Source: Methanobacteriota archaeon | GTDB lineage: Archaea > Halobacteriota > Bog-38 > Methanoflorentales > Methanoflorentaceae | Assembly: GCA_963720465.1 (NCBI GenBank) | Contig: OY970393.1 | Location: forward strand, 736,001 to 800,000 | Reading direction: 5' to 3' | Length of the DNA stretch: 64,000 nt | Shown here: piece by piece, positions 21,744-32,282 of the stretch | Numbering within the stretch: position 1 is the first letter of the stretch | Layout of the letters: each line of letters begins with the position of its first letter | Program-made: the position numbers and the translations under genes | The notes under the pieces: generated by a model | Databases searched by the model: none | What the model saw: the letters and a program-made list of their open reading frames with translations, nothing else | What the model was told of the DNA's origin: nothing

Positions 21744-21776
21744 CGTCTTCACACGGTAGTGACACGTTTCGTATCC
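21744..21776 (+). mobile_element. Degenerate tRNA-Val att copy
   Basis: cgtcttcacacgg identical to 271-283, followed by ttcgtatcc (cf. ttcgaatcc). Confidence 0.45.
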
Positions 21777-21784
21777 CTGCTGTC

Positions 21785-22357
21785 TTATCTGCCAAACTGG
21801 TCGGCGAACTGTCGAACAATGCCATCAGATAGAATATCAGCCAGCTCAATGATCTGCAACAGAGCCTCATCGAACTGTTCAATGTCGGCTGTATAATCGC
21901 CAGAGAGTCTCTGCTCTGCTTCATTTTCCGAAAGGCGCAAGTGCTCGTACAACATGTCTTGCGTCTCCTTCTCAGGCCAGTACGGATTAACGCCGCTCAG
22001 GAACGTGGCGATCTGATCGGCGTTCAGGTACCATCGTCGCTCGGCGTCTTCTGCCTGTGAGGTGTTCTCTGTCTTGACCACCTTGAACACTGCAGCCGCT
22101 TGAATGGTATGTTCGAGAAGCAGCCCTTTGAGCGTATTGCCCACGGCCTCTCCGTAGAAAGGCTTCAGAGCGTCGCCGATTTCCTCCTGATTCGCACGGA
22201 TACGCTGTACAGTAGCATCCAGATCTCTCAAATCAGCGGCCACGCTTATGATGTAGCACCGCGCCCAGACGACGTGATCTTCCCAGAGCTTCCGCATCAT
22301 GAGCCGTAGGTCAAGTTCAGCCTCTGTGAGCATCCCTCCAGTTGCAATCGTAGCCAT
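21785..22357 (-). CDS. Conserved helical-bundle hypothetical protein
   Basis: MRKLWEDHV.W, LL.EH, W..NAD.IA.FL...NPYW, ML.EHL. Confidence 0.75.
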   Translation of the reverse strand: MATIATGGMLTEAELDLRLMMRKLWEDHVVWARCYIISVAADLRDLDATVQRIRANQEEIGDALKPFYGEAVGNTLKGLLLEHTIQAAAVFKVVKTENTSQAEDAERRWYLNADQIATFLSGVNPYWPEKETQDMLYEHLRLSENEAEQRLSGDYTADIEQFDEALLQIIELADILSDGIVRQFADQFGR

Positions 22358-22567
22358 GATCCTTCCGTTCGGGCTTTATTTTGTTCCTCATTTGGATTTG
22401 TAATTACCCCAACTAATCAGCATCTGACGACGTCTGCCTCGCTCAGACCACGGTCTTTAGTACTCGAACTGAGCGCATGTCTTGCGCATTAGGGGGCGGT
22501 GTCGGCTGGAAGCTCGCAAGCGCGCGTGGAAAGAAACACTTATGTCACCTCGCGCCACCGTACCCCC

Positions 22568-22639
22568 GCAACACCACGAACGCTTCTCCTTACGGGCAGT
22601 GGTGTAGCAAACTGCCGGAGTCATGTCTATGACTCCGGC
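22568..22639 (+). ncRNA. Candidate 72-nt structured RNA, copy 1
   Basis: 66/72 identical to 32447-32518(-); two stems; TATA-like gaaacacttatg ~25 nt upstream. Confidence 0.55.
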
Positions 22640-22763
22640 GCCCGTTATTTAGCCCACATTAGGCCGGGACGCTCAATATCGAGCATATACGTTTGATGGA
22701 AAAAACGTGTAATTATCGGCTTCGACGCGGCTGCAGATGCTTTTTCGCAGCTGTGGCAAAAAC

Positions 22764-22970
22764 TCAGCGTCTTCGACGTAAAAGGCGCCGCAGGCGGAAC
22801 AGAAATTTTTTCTTTGCTTGAGTGGGAACGATCTGAGGAGGGACGATCTCGAGTTTGTTGCCGCAGTTATGACAGAACTTCGCCTCTTGAACATGCGCAA
22901 CGCCACACGCCGGACAGATGTACCTATCTTGATCTAAAGCTATTTCAGCGTCGCGCAAGCTGTCGTCCAA
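22764..22970 (-). CDS. Zinc-ribbon protein
   Basis: CPACG...AKFCHNCG; a further FCSACG...F..CG ribbon in the shifted frame. Confidence 0.65.
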   Translation of the reverse strand: MDDSLRDAEIALDQDRYICPACGVAHVQEAKFCHNCGNKLEIVPPQIVPTQAKKKFLFRLRRLLRRRR

Positions 22971-23389
22971 TGCACCTCACCTCGCACAGAACTTAGCATC
23001 ATCGCTGACTTGCTCATTGCAGGAACGGCAGATTTTGGCAGTCATCCGACATCAGTCCGAATTTTGTCCTGAGAACTGTATGATGGCATTGACAAGATAA
23101 AAAGTTCTCTTCTCGTCTCTTTGCTGCATGATTTTCTTGGTATCATCTACAACGTCTACCGCTAAATTATACGGCGGCTACTGCTTCGAACAAACGGCAA
23201 ACTGACGATGAAACCCCCTCCATAAATAACGACGTACATTTCGGCCTGCGGCGAAGGTAAAGGCTCCGGAGCTTATCATACTCCACCGGTCGCTCCTGAA
23301 GGCGCGAGGACTCCACCGTCGCGTAAGCAGATCTTCAATCAATATGCGTTGCAGCTGGTTTTTCCATAACGAACCTCAAGATGCGAGGT

Positions 23390-24490
23390 CTATTTCTCAA
23401 CACCCCACGCCTTGTAATGTATCTCACGCAGCGTTTCCGGCTTGTCAGCAAGACACTGAGGCGCGCGAAACGAGCCGGTCACCCCCATCGCTTCATCGGT
23501 CTTCCGGATTGATTTCCACGGATCTTTCTCGAGTTCGGCCACCGCGCGAATGCAGTCAACGTTCTCTAAGACGATGTCGGCCTCTTGATGAATACCTTGC
23601 ATATAGAAGACTTCGTTGCCGACAACGTTGACGCTCTCCTCCCAGATCGCTATCTCCCATAAGTCGTAGCGCGGACGCCCCATATCTCTCGCAAGCTCCA
23701 TAATTTCTGCCGTCGATCCTAGGCCGTCACTTGCCCGCACGAGCATGATGCGGCGCAAGCCGTAGAACTCAGTTAACAGGTCCTCCTTGGATAGCGGGCG
23801 CTCAACTTCGACCATGACGTTGTGCTGATGCATAAGCGTGGTCGGCACCAAAACCGCCATCGTCGTGATGTCCCATCCGGGCATGACGGTATTCACGTCT
23901 GGCCCGTGATGCGACGGGACTGTTGACGGTTTTGGGATGATGGCGTTGATCGGCCCCTTCTTCACTTGCACGGGGTCTGCTGCCCCTCGGACGAGGACCA
24001 CCCTAACTTTTTTGATGCCAGCCGCTTTGTCCACCGCGTATAACGTTCGACAGAGCCCCGTGGTGTTGCAGGATACCACCCGCACGTAATCCTTGCCGAT
24101 CGCGCTTTCATAGTTACAATACGTGTTGAACGAAGCGCCGATGGCCGCGTGCTTCTCACCGCCTTCAAAAATGGCCTTGATACCCGTCTTCTTGTACCGG
24201 TCTTCGAGATTCTTCGCACCCGTTCCTTCGGGAGTAGCGTCAACGACTACGTCTGCCTCGCGGAGCATGTCTGTCGTCGTACCCGCGACGTCTAAGCCTG
24301 CCGCCCTGAAAGACGCGATGCTGGCTCCCTCGGCGACGTAAAGAGGGTACCCTTTCATTGCTGCGACGTAGGCCTCAAAATTCGGGTGAGTTTTCGACAC
24401 GCCGACGAGTTTCATATCGTCCTGTTTCGCAACCGCGTCAGCGACGCGCTTACCAAGGTTTCCGTACCCATTTATCGCAACGTTAACCAT
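23390..24490 (-). CDS. gap: Archaeal type II phosphorylating glyceraldehyde-3-phosphate dehydrogenase
   Basis: [32 protein letters not shown]. Confidence 0.96.
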   Translation of the reverse strand: MVNVAINGYGNLGKRVADAVAKQDDMKLVGVSKTHPNFEAYVAAMKGYPLYVAEGASIASFRAAGLDVAGTTTDMLREADVVVDATPEGTGAKNLEDRYKKTGIKAIFEGGEKHAAIGASFNTYCNYESAIGKDYVRVVSCNTTGLCRTLYAVDKAAGIKKVRVVLVRGAADPVQVKKGPINAIIPKPSTVPSHHGPDVNTVMPGWDITTMAVLVPTTLMHQHNVMVEVERPLSKEDLLTEFYGLRRIMLVRASDGLGSTAEIMELARDMGRPRYDLWEIAIWEESVNVVGNEVFYMQGIHQEADIVLENVDCIRAVAELEKDPWKSIRKTDEAMGVTGSFRAPQCLADKPETLREIHYKAWGVEK

Positions 24491-24792
24491 ACGCCGACCT
24501 TCCTAGCTATGCTAGCGTCACCGTGAGCTTCGATAAACCTTCCTCGCCCAAAAGCAGATCTCACGTTCGAAAAACCTTCTTTGGAGTGCTCGCGCCTCGC
24601 ATTAATGAACGGTGATTGTCAGAACGCTGCTCGTTGAAGCGCCGTACGTCGCAGAGCCGGCTTAGGTGACCTTCAGTCGAACGTCCGTTGGCGCAAGTGG
24701 CGTGAACCCGTGTGAGACGTATCTGAAACTATCCGTCGTCCTTGTGGCAAAATTTATCCACGGTGCGCGTCAAAGGACAAACGACATTGACG

Positions 24793-26127
24793 CTAAACAA
24801 ACGTAAACGAATCTATTACCTCTTGCGCTTGTGACAGGTACTTATCAAAGTCGTTAGGCACCGCTTCGTAGGTAATCCCGTACCCATTTTTATTGTTTAT
24901 GACAAAGACCTGCATCGCCTTGACTTGCGTATCATTGAGCCGAACGGGAATGGTTGCTTGCCAAACTACTCTGGAGGCGCGGCGATTCGCGAAGGTAATC
25001 TCTTCACTTGAGATGAGTGTGAAATCTTTGAGATTCGTCAAATTTTCGAGGTTAGAGTTGATGAAGTCGTCAAGAGTCGCGCCTGGCATAAGGTCGGCGG
25101 TCTCGATGTTGATGGCGCCCACGTTGGCGTGAGCTGCGTAGATGTAGAGTTTGACGGCCGTGGATGGATCAGTCGTATCGATCAACCATTCCCCGGGATA
25201 GGTAACGCTGAATCCTGTATCGCTCGAGAATGTCATCTCGTGTTCGCCTGTTTGGTTCGCGAGCAGAGTCTCGTCTCTCAGGAGCGTGAGCATCCGCAAC
25301 ATCGCATAGTTGGTCAGAGGTCCGGTATAATGCAATACATAACGCACTCTGGAAGAAAACAACTTTTGGAGTTCTTCGTCGGTCTTTAGGTCTGCCACAG
25401 AGAAGGGGCCATATGCCCAAATGACGTTATTAAGCGCCCCGAGGAATCTCAGAATGCAGTAGTATGTGCAGGCGGCGAGCGTATCTAAAGAGATGTACTC
25501 ACGATCGAGTTGCCTGCAGATGGTCTCGATATCGTTCAGGTCATGCGCTGATAAAAAGCCGCCTCTCAGGAAGTAGTCCTCACCATAAATTCTTAGTCCT
25601 ATTTTTTGCCACTCTACGAGATCTCTAAGGCTATATCCCCTAGCTTCGTGCTCTTTTATGACGTCTGCCACCTCAGGCCGTTCAATTGCGTCTTGTATCT
25701 TCTTTCCCAGCGTCGAATGGTCAAAGATGACGGCAAAAAAGAAGCCAGCACCCCCATAATCACGGTACCCTAATTCAAGTTCCTCATCAGATGTGATTGC
25801 CGTGTATATGTTTTGCATCCTCTCCGAGGTTATTTCCACGTCTTCGGAATACGGCGCATTGCGCGATTTTGATGGCAAGAAGCGACGCAGTAGGGTTTGT
25901 ATTTGTGGCCGATCTAATGCGATTGTCCTGAGGACGTGCGAACGCACATACATATGCGTAAAATCATAGAGGTCTCCTATCCTGTTCTCCTTTTTCCATT
26001 TATCAACAAAATACGAGCTTTCAGGTCCAAGGAGTTGAATTTGCGGCACGATCATTATGTCCCTCGGTCCTTGCATTTTCTGGCTCATTGTCGCCTCCAT
26101 CATCTTTTTCGGGCCCAAGCATCGCAT
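24793..26127 (-). CDS. Hypothetical protein with a C-terminal PsbP-like domain
   Basis: GFSVTYP.EW...GY.ITY.A...FDKY...QEVIDSF. Confidence 0.65.
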   Translation of the reverse strand: MRCLGPKKMMEATMSQKMQGPRDIMIVPQIQLLGPESSYFVDKWKKENRIGDLYDFTHMYVRSHVLRTIALDRPQIQTLLRRFLPSKSRNAPYSEDVEITSERMQNIYTAITSDEELELGYRDYGGAGFFFAVIFDHSTLGKKIQDAIERPEVADVIKEHEARGYSLRDLVEWQKIGLRIYGEDYFLRGGFLSAHDLNDIETICRQLDREYISLDTLAACTYYCILRFLGALNNVIWAYGPFSVADLKTDEELQKLFSSRVRYVLHYTGPLTNYAMLRMLTLLRDETLLANQTGEHEMTFSSDTGFSVTYPGEWLIDTTDPSTAVKLYIYAAHANVGAINIETADLMPGATLDDFINSNLENLTNLKDFTLISSEEITFANRRASRVVWQATIPVRLNDTQVKAMQVFVINNKNGYGITYEAVPNDFDKYLSQAQEVIDSFTFV

Positions 26128-26315
26128 TGCGCTGTCAAATGTGCTATCGCTTCGTCAAGGGAAACCTTCTCGCCTCTCTCGTCCTGAAGCCGCCGCCATG
26201 GTGGTCGTTATTGCAAGCCCCCAAGTGATAACTCCTCGATTTGTGGCCACATGGCTTATAGCCAAGGGTGTCGCGTTTCACCCGTTCGAATTTCAATTAC
26301 CTTGAGTTACAAAGG

Positions 26316-26867
26316 TCATTCATGTACTTGGGTGGTTCTTAAAAACCCGACGGAGTCGTTGTATCTGAGCCCAAAATCCCACTTTATATTATCACTTGTC
26401 AAATCGGGAATACTGCTGCTTGTCAGATCGAAAGTAGTTGGAAGCTTACCTGTCTCTCGTAGTTCGCGGCTTCCCGTTGTATCTGTAACGCGGCACTTGT
26501 TATGATACGAAAGCTGGTAAGGAGAGACACCTACACATATCTCATAGAAAAACTCTGGATAATCTGCAGAATGCGCCTTATTTTTATTAACGTCACGCAA
26601 TAAGCCGGAGAGTTTAACAGTGATAGACGCACGGTAATGAGCCTCGCCTGAAACGGATTTTTCGCTACTCGTAACGCTTGCCGGCGTGTGGCGCGTATCA
26701 AGTTCTACTTTTAGCTCGTTAAGTGCAGGAATGATGATAGCGTCAAGTATAGTCTTGGCTTGCGCGCTGTTTTTTTCGAATTTATTTTCTTCGACTGCTT
26801 TTTCTGTTGGTAGGCGCCTGATTTCGTCCGTTGTCTCGATTATTAACGACTTCCATTCCTCATCCAT
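26316..26867 (-). CDS. Hypothetical protein (distant homolog of 40196-40612)
   Basis: IIPALNEL..EL, F.YEI, I.DLTSD.I..D. Confidence 0.65.
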   Translation of the reverse strand: MDEEWKSLIIETTDEIRRLPTEKAVEENKFEKNSAQAKTILDAIIIPALNELKVELDTRHTPASVTSSEKSVSGEAHYRASITVKLSGLLRDVNKNKAHSADYPEFFYEICVGVSPYQLSYHNKCRVTDTTGSRELRETGKLPTTFDLTSSSIPDLTSDNIKWDFGLRYNDSVGFLRTTQVHE

Positions 26868-27770
26868 AAAATCACCATGAGTACAACGAATTTACTTATA
26901 TATTGACATAAGTTGACGCCCGAGATTTTGTGGCACCAAAACAATGGGTGTTAAAGCCTGAAATTTTGAATACTCACTCGCAACTACATTTTAAAGGTTT
27001 TTCGAATTTTTGCAAAACGAAGTAAACGAACTGAGCACAACGAAATCAGAAAAAACCTCTGCACGTTGTCTTTCATCAAATTTTTTTTTCTGAGCGTGCA
27101 CTTTTCAACTTTTCAAGGATTCGCGGCTAGGGCTCGTATGTCGCAAAGGTCGCCAATACAGATAGCAGCGACATTTTTTAGGTTTCCTTTTTCACCATCT
27201 GTTAACTTTTTAACTTTTCAAACCTTGTCGAACCCTCTTCTATCGGCACGTGCTCTGCTATCTCATCCATTTAATTTTTCTGTATCTTGAGTTCAAGCAA
27301 TTTCCTGTAAGCACTCCTTCTTATCGCTCTCGACTGCCTCACGCGTCCTGATTTCGGTGAACGGCCTGCTCTCTTTGTTTTAGTTGACATGGTGCCCCCC
27401 TATCTTGGAGCTTGGAGGTTTAGTTTTTACACATATGGACGTGGAGGTGCGGTCCACGCAGCCTTTTTGATGCAGTTCTTTTCATGAAATATGATGCTGG
27501 GGCAGCATATTGAGCGGCTCCATGAAGGCGCACACACTCATACATTACGACAATATCATCTAGATGGTAATGGCGACCATAACCTTGTAGAAGGAGATGC
27601 GTCAAAAAGCTGATTGCTATCGTGAATGTAGAAAACTCCTAACACCGACTTTTTCTGTATCGGCCTGTAACAGTACCTATAAGGTACTCTCACGCGGGTG
27701 CATTCTGCAAACAAGGAGCTAGCACTGCGCTGAGGCAGTTCCATCAACTGTTTTAAAGAGTGTGTTCGAT

Positions 27771-28814
27771 ATGAAAAAAAGTGACAAATCAAGAGGCGCA
27801 AACGAGGAAGAAGACCTCGTCATAACGCCAGCAGGGCCGATGCCAAAGGACCGGGTTCATGCAGTCGGACAGGATGAGGCAATCCGAGTAGAGAAGTCTG
27901 GAAAAGCGGTTATCACGTCCCGCGAAGAAGCGTCGTCTCCCAAGGACGTAGCAAATGATTTCGTCTTGACTCCTGGCGGCTGGCGGGCTAGATTTCTTGT
28001 CCACTTGATCGAGCCCGATCATGTCCTAAGGGTGGAAGACGGACTGCTACAGAAGCGTGACCCGTCTGGAAGGGTCGTCGCTGAATTTGGACAGATCCAA
28101 CCCAGCCAGACGGAAGAGCCTTTAATGCCTAGAAACGTAGCCCTCAAGCCTTGGGAAGTTTCCGCACTCGGAAGCGGTTGGATTGAGTATGCATTTTGGA
28201 ACAACAACACTGGAACCCCCGTATCACACTTCGAGGTTACATGGACCGTCCCACCAGCGCCATCGGCACAGGAGGGCCAAACGATCTTTCTCTTTAATGG
28301 AATCCAGAACTCCACAATGATCTATCAGCCTGTGCTGCAGTGGGGGGTATCGGCAGCAGGGGGCGGTAAATATTGGTCAGTGGCAAGCTGGTACGCGGGC
28401 CGCCAAGGACAAGCATTCTACAGCACACCTGTCCCAGTTAACCCGGGTGATGTCTTAGTCGGGCTTATCCGCATTACCACGCGAAATCCGACCGGGACCT
28501 TCGACTATCTCTGTCAGTTCTCTGGGATTGCTAACGCCGATCTTCCCGTACAAAACGTCCCAGAGCTCACATGGTGTTGTGTAACTCTGGAAGCCTACGG
28601 GCTTACCTCGTGTTTGCAATATCCAAAAGTTTGTACGGTATTCCAAGGGATTAACGTTCAAACCGGCACGACGCACCCAGCGCTGACGTGGACGCCGCAA
28701 ATCAGCTGCAACGATTGTGGACAAGATGTCATAGGGCTGAGCAACACAAACCCTGGCGGCGGGATGAATATGTGCTACGGAAAGTCTTTGCCTCCTCGAG
28801 CCACCCCATCTTGA
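27771..28814 (+). CDS. Glutamic peptidase (G1/neprosin)-like protein
   Basis: W.VPPAP, IFLFNGIQ, QPVLQWG, TLEAY; duplicated V.TP.G...VH pro-region. Confidence 0.6.
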   Translation: MKKSDKSRGANEEEDLVITPAGPMPKDRVHAVGQDEAIRVEKSGKAVITSREEASSPKDVANDFVLTPGGWRARFLVHLIEPDHVLRVEDGLLQKRDPSGRVVAEFGQIQPSQTEEPLMPRNVALKPWEVSALGSGWIEYAFWNNNTGTPVSHFEVTWTVPPAPSAQEGQTIFLFNGIQNSTMIYQPVLQWGVSAAGGGKYWSVASWYAGRQGQAFYSTPVPVNPGDVLVGLIRITTRNPTGTFDYLCQFSGIANADLPVQNVPELTWCCVTLEAYGLTSCLQYPKVCTVFQGINVQTGTTHPALTWTPQISCNDCGQDVIGLSNTNPGGGMNMCYGKSLPPRATPS

Positions 28815-28997
28815 CTGCCCCCGCCTCGATCTCGAGAGCCACTCAGCTAGGGTTGTTGCGTCACTCGAAAAAAGAAAGACGAGGAGCGCTTCAGCTCAAC
28901 GCCGTGAACGCGAAGCAATGATCCCTGTCGATCCGGTGAAAGAGGGCACGAGACAGGGAGAGTTTGCGGTAATTTCAGCGCAAAAGGAGGTGATAAC

Positions 28998-29318
28998 GTG
29001 AAGATAGGCATCATCATCTATTCAAATGACGCGGAAACAGTGTGGAACGCCTTCCGATTCGGCAATTACGCCGTGAAAGAGGGGGATAGCGTAGCAACGT
29101 TCCTCATTGCCAAGGGCGTGGAGAGCGAAACCCTTGATACCGACACATTCAAGATCACGGAACAGATGCGCTCCTTAATTGAGGGCGGCGGCACGATATC
29201 TGCCTGCGAGACGTGTCTCGCCATCCACCACTTGGGGGGCTCTGAATTGTGTCCGATATCAACGCTTACAGATTTGCACGCTATAGTGAAGGAGAGCGAC
29301 AAGATCATTACTTTCTAA
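28998..29318 (+). CDS. DsrE/DsrF-family protein
   Basis: WNAFRF, FL..KGVE, ACETCL, SDKIITF; ggaggtga SD. Confidence 0.9.
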   Translation: MKIGIIIYSNDAETVWNAFRFGNYAVKEGDSVATFLIAKGVESETLDTDTFKITEQMRSLIEGGGTISACETCLAIHHLGGSELCPISTLTDLHAIVKESDKIITF

Positions 29319-29517
29319 GCGCGGCTGGGACGTGATTGACCCTTAGGTAATCGGGTCAGTTTTCGGGTTTTTTGAGCTGCGATGGCCACTCGGCAGCGCC
29401 TTTTATACAGAAGTAACCTCCCTTGAGGTCGTAATCAACATACACCTGACATCCGGGGCCGTTGCATCCCTGCATCGCAGCCGTCTTTTGACTCTTGCCC
29501 GTGGTGCAAAACACCAC

Positions 29518-29731
29518 GTGAGATTCCGACGACATTAGAAAATGTGATGAGGTGTCTCTGCTGTAAGACCTGCCCGACGTTCAAGCACACCCTCTGTGGG
29601 GGGCGTATTGCGCGACGGGCAAAAACGAAACGACACCCGAAAAGAGGGAATGCGACTGCCGGAACTGCCTCATCTACCTACAGTACGCGCTCACTGGGGA
29701 CTACTTTTGTATTTACGGCGCGTCAGAATAG
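29518..29731 (+). pseudogene. DUF2769-like Cys-rich protein, frameshifted
   Basis: EN...CLC..CPTF / YCATGK / CDCRNC..Y..Y.L...YFC..G; paralog of 39685-39939. Confidence 0.8.
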
Positions 29732-29832
29732 CCGTGGAGGCAACGAAAAAAGATAACATACGTTCTCAGCAGCTGGAAAACGCGTGATGACTTTTTATAC
29801 GATCGAATGGAGCTTCGTAATAGGGGTTCTCT

Positions 29833-29949
29833 ATGGACGCAAAAGATGAGAAGAAGGAAGAGTACTACAAGGGCAAGGAAGTAAAGGGCAAGCTCGAGAA
29901 AAAGAAGGAAGAGTACTACAAGGGCAAGGAAGTCAAAGGCGAAAAATAG
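29833..29949 (+). CDS. 38-aa charged peptide with an internal tandem repeat
   Basis: MDAKDEKKEEYYKGKEVKGKLEKKKEEYYKGKEVKGEK*; tttttata TATA upstream. Confidence 0.55.
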   Translation: MDAKDEKKEEYYKGKEVKGKLEKKKEEYYKGKEVKGEK

Positions 29950-29970
29950 CCGTCTGCGTAGGCGAAGAAC

Positions 29971-30342
29971 GTGACTAACGACGACAAACCCGGCTGGTAC
30001 TCGGTCAGTGTCGAGTACAAGCCCATTCCGTCAGAGCTGCGTCCAGGTCGCGGTGAGTGGTACTTCCAAGCTACGCTCATACACGAGTATCGCGATCCAT
30101 CGGGCGGGATACAGACCGAAAAAACGCCGCTCGGCAGCATTGATGTCGACCACATTGATTCGGTCGAACTGCGGCAGGCATTCTACGCGGCAACTGAAGA
30201 CGCGCTTGACGCGCTACAGTTACCGCACGAAACGCGCGAGCAGATCGCTGCCGAACTTAGGCTCGTGGTTCGGCCGCCTACTGAAGATACCGGGAAGCGG
30301 CCGCGAATAGGATTAGGTGCGCTGCTACCTGACGAGAAATAA
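29971..30342 (+). CDS. Hypothetical protein
   Basis: ORF with plausible composition. Confidence 0.6.
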   Translation: MTNDDKPGWYSVSVEYKPIPSELRPGRGEWYFQATLIHEYRDPSGGIQTEKTPLGSIDVDHIDSVELRQAFYAATEDALDALQLPHETREQIAAELRLVVRPPTEDTGKRPRIGLGALLPDEK

Positions 30343-30577
30343 AGGCGTTGCCTTCTCACGGGCCGTCTGGGCTAAAATAAAAAGGCCCGAGCCGAAGCTT
30401 GCGCCATTAGAACGCAGATCATTTCGCGGGCTTTGTGCAGTCAGCTGACGTTTGCCCCGCGTGCACTGTACAGGCATTGTAGGCCTCCCAGCTAGTAGAG
30501 CACTTCCACAAAAAGTTTTTCGGTGCCCACGTAGCCAGAGCGCGAGTAAAGTATTAAGACTTTCAGCTGAATTAATA

Positions 30578-30717
30578 GTAGCTACGCTGTCTGCGGCACT
30601 TTGGCAGCGAGAGAAGCTTATCGCGCCTCCCGTATTTTAGGGCGTTGCTTTAACCGGTTGCTAGCAGCCCTGAGCGATCTTCGATTGCTCCTAGCTGCGG
30701 GGGGAGAGAGGGACATA
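30578..30717 (+). ncRNA. Candidate structured 5' leader of the DUF2111 gene, copy 1
   Basis: Stems covary with the copy at 39091-39232. Confidence 0.55.
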
Positions 30718-31116
30718 ATGGAACAATATGAGTTTTCATCAGACTCTACGAGCAGCGATTTAATCCCAATCGCATTGGCAGTTCACGCCGTATTAGGCGG
30801 CCTGCCCGTTACGATGCGAAGCCAGAACCATCGCGGCGTTCAAATTGAAGACGGCAAAGTGAAAAGTCGGAACTATACGGGCCCTATACTCGAACGAGTT
30901 CTTGCCGAGAACACATTGATAAAGACGCGGCCGCAAGCGGGGGAATACACGAACGTACCGGTCATAGTTGCCCCCATTCAGGACAGTAGAGGTTCGGCAA
31001 TGGCTGCCATTGGCGTTGTCGATGTCACTGGAATATTCGACCTGGCGGATGCTATGAGCCAGCAATCGCAGATCATCAACCAACTGCGTTATTGCGCCGT
31101 GCCTGCGAGCAAGTAA
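30718..31116 (+). CDS. DUF2111-family protein, copy 1
   Basis: LPVTMRS...GV.IE.G.V....YTGPILE.V, VPV.VAPI, AAIGVVD. Confidence 0.85.
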   Translation: MEQYEFSSDSTSSDLIPIALAVHAVLGGLPVTMRSQNHRGVQIEDGKVKSRNYTGPILERVLAENTLIKTRPQAGEYTNVPVIVAPIQDSRGSAMAAIGVVDVTGIFDLADAMSQQSQIINQLRYCAVPASK

Positions 31117-31198
31117 AGGAAAGAGGCGGTTAATATCCCCTAACATCTGCTGGGCGCGACCCTACACAACCTGCGGCCCCCAACGACGAGACGCAGAT

Positions 31199-31903
31199 TT
31201 ACTCCTCAAGGGGCGTAACGAAGCAGGATGCCAGCTTGCTGTTAATGAGCTTCTGTTCGTGGAAAAGGCGCGCTGTGAGGTGGTACATGCCTTCTTCACT
31301 CGCGTAAAGCTCGCTTGCGAATCGCTTCGTGCCGCCTTTTGCGATGAAGTCGACATCGATCACGTCCATGAGCGTGTGGGCTTTCGACGGGGGAGTTGCG
31401 GCGATTTCGAGCCGTAGCTTTGACACGTCGCGGTGGGCGTACACGACCGTTTCCGTCTCGATTGTTTCTTCGTATGCCCAGTAGGGCCGATTCACGAAGA
31501 AGGTCTGGATCTCGGCGGGATCTTCAATGATTCGAACCTCATGATGGGGAGAGTACCAGCTCACGAAAGCACCGTAGCGGTACGCCGTGACGTGCAGATA
31601 GACCCATCCAGTGTGGTTGGCAAAAACGTGAAAGTTGAGCGTTGCCGTGTCTTGAGGGCGCAACTCTTTCACGTAATGAAACGAGCCGCTTGGCAAAATG
31701 TCGATATCGTGCGAGTTAGTGGTATACAGCGTCGCGCTTACGTCGACGAGGGAGTCCGTTGACACGTTCTTCAGCTGGACGGTGATCCAGTGGCGCCCCC
31801 GTTCGAGCACCTTGGGCGTAACGATTGCCTCGAAGGCATACTTGCGTTGTTCTTCTCGTTCTTTCGCGGCGATTCTCTTCTCTTTTTTCTTTTCGTCGGC
31901 CAT
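31199..31903 (-). CDS. Hypothetical beta-sandwich-like protein
   Basis: 234-aa ORF. Confidence 0.7.
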   Translation of the reverse strand: MADEKKKEKRIAAKEREEQRKYAFEAIVTPKVLERGRHWITVQLKNVSTDSLVDVSATLYTTNSHDIDILPSGSFHYVKELRPQDTATLNFHVFANHTGWVYLHVTAYRYGAFVSWYSPHHEVRIIEDPAEIQTFFVNRPYWAYEETIETETVVYAHRDVSKLRLEIAATPPSKAHTLMDVIDVDFIAKGGTKRFASELYASEEGMYHLTARLFHEQKLINSKLASCFVTPLEE

Positions 31904-32070
31904 AGTATCATCAAATTACGTAGCGCATGGAAGGTAATAAGACATACGCAAGGAAAAAACAGATGACGAAGGAGAAACACGCTGCGCTATCATAGCAAGC
32001 CTCCCCGCAAGATATTGTGTTAAGGTCGGGGTTTGCTGTCGAAACGGCGTTATAGGCCATAATTCGGCAC

Positions 32071-32230
32071 AAAAGAAGGATGTATACGCGACCGTTCAGA
32101 AGGCGTTTATTTCAAAGTACGAGCGTGCACGTTGCTGCTAAGGTAGTTTTGATAATTCCCGTGTTTTTCGACCCATCACACCACAAAGATGGCTGGCCCG
32201 CTAAACAACAGCACCCAATCTGTCACACCG
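32071..32230 (-). repeat. ~160-bp dispersed repeat, copy 2
   Basis: Reverse complement aligns with 451-611. Confidence 0.75.
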
Positions 32231-32282
32231 CCGTTAGACCTTTTTAACTCTTTCCTAGGCGGTCCGCTTTGTCATTTCTTCA

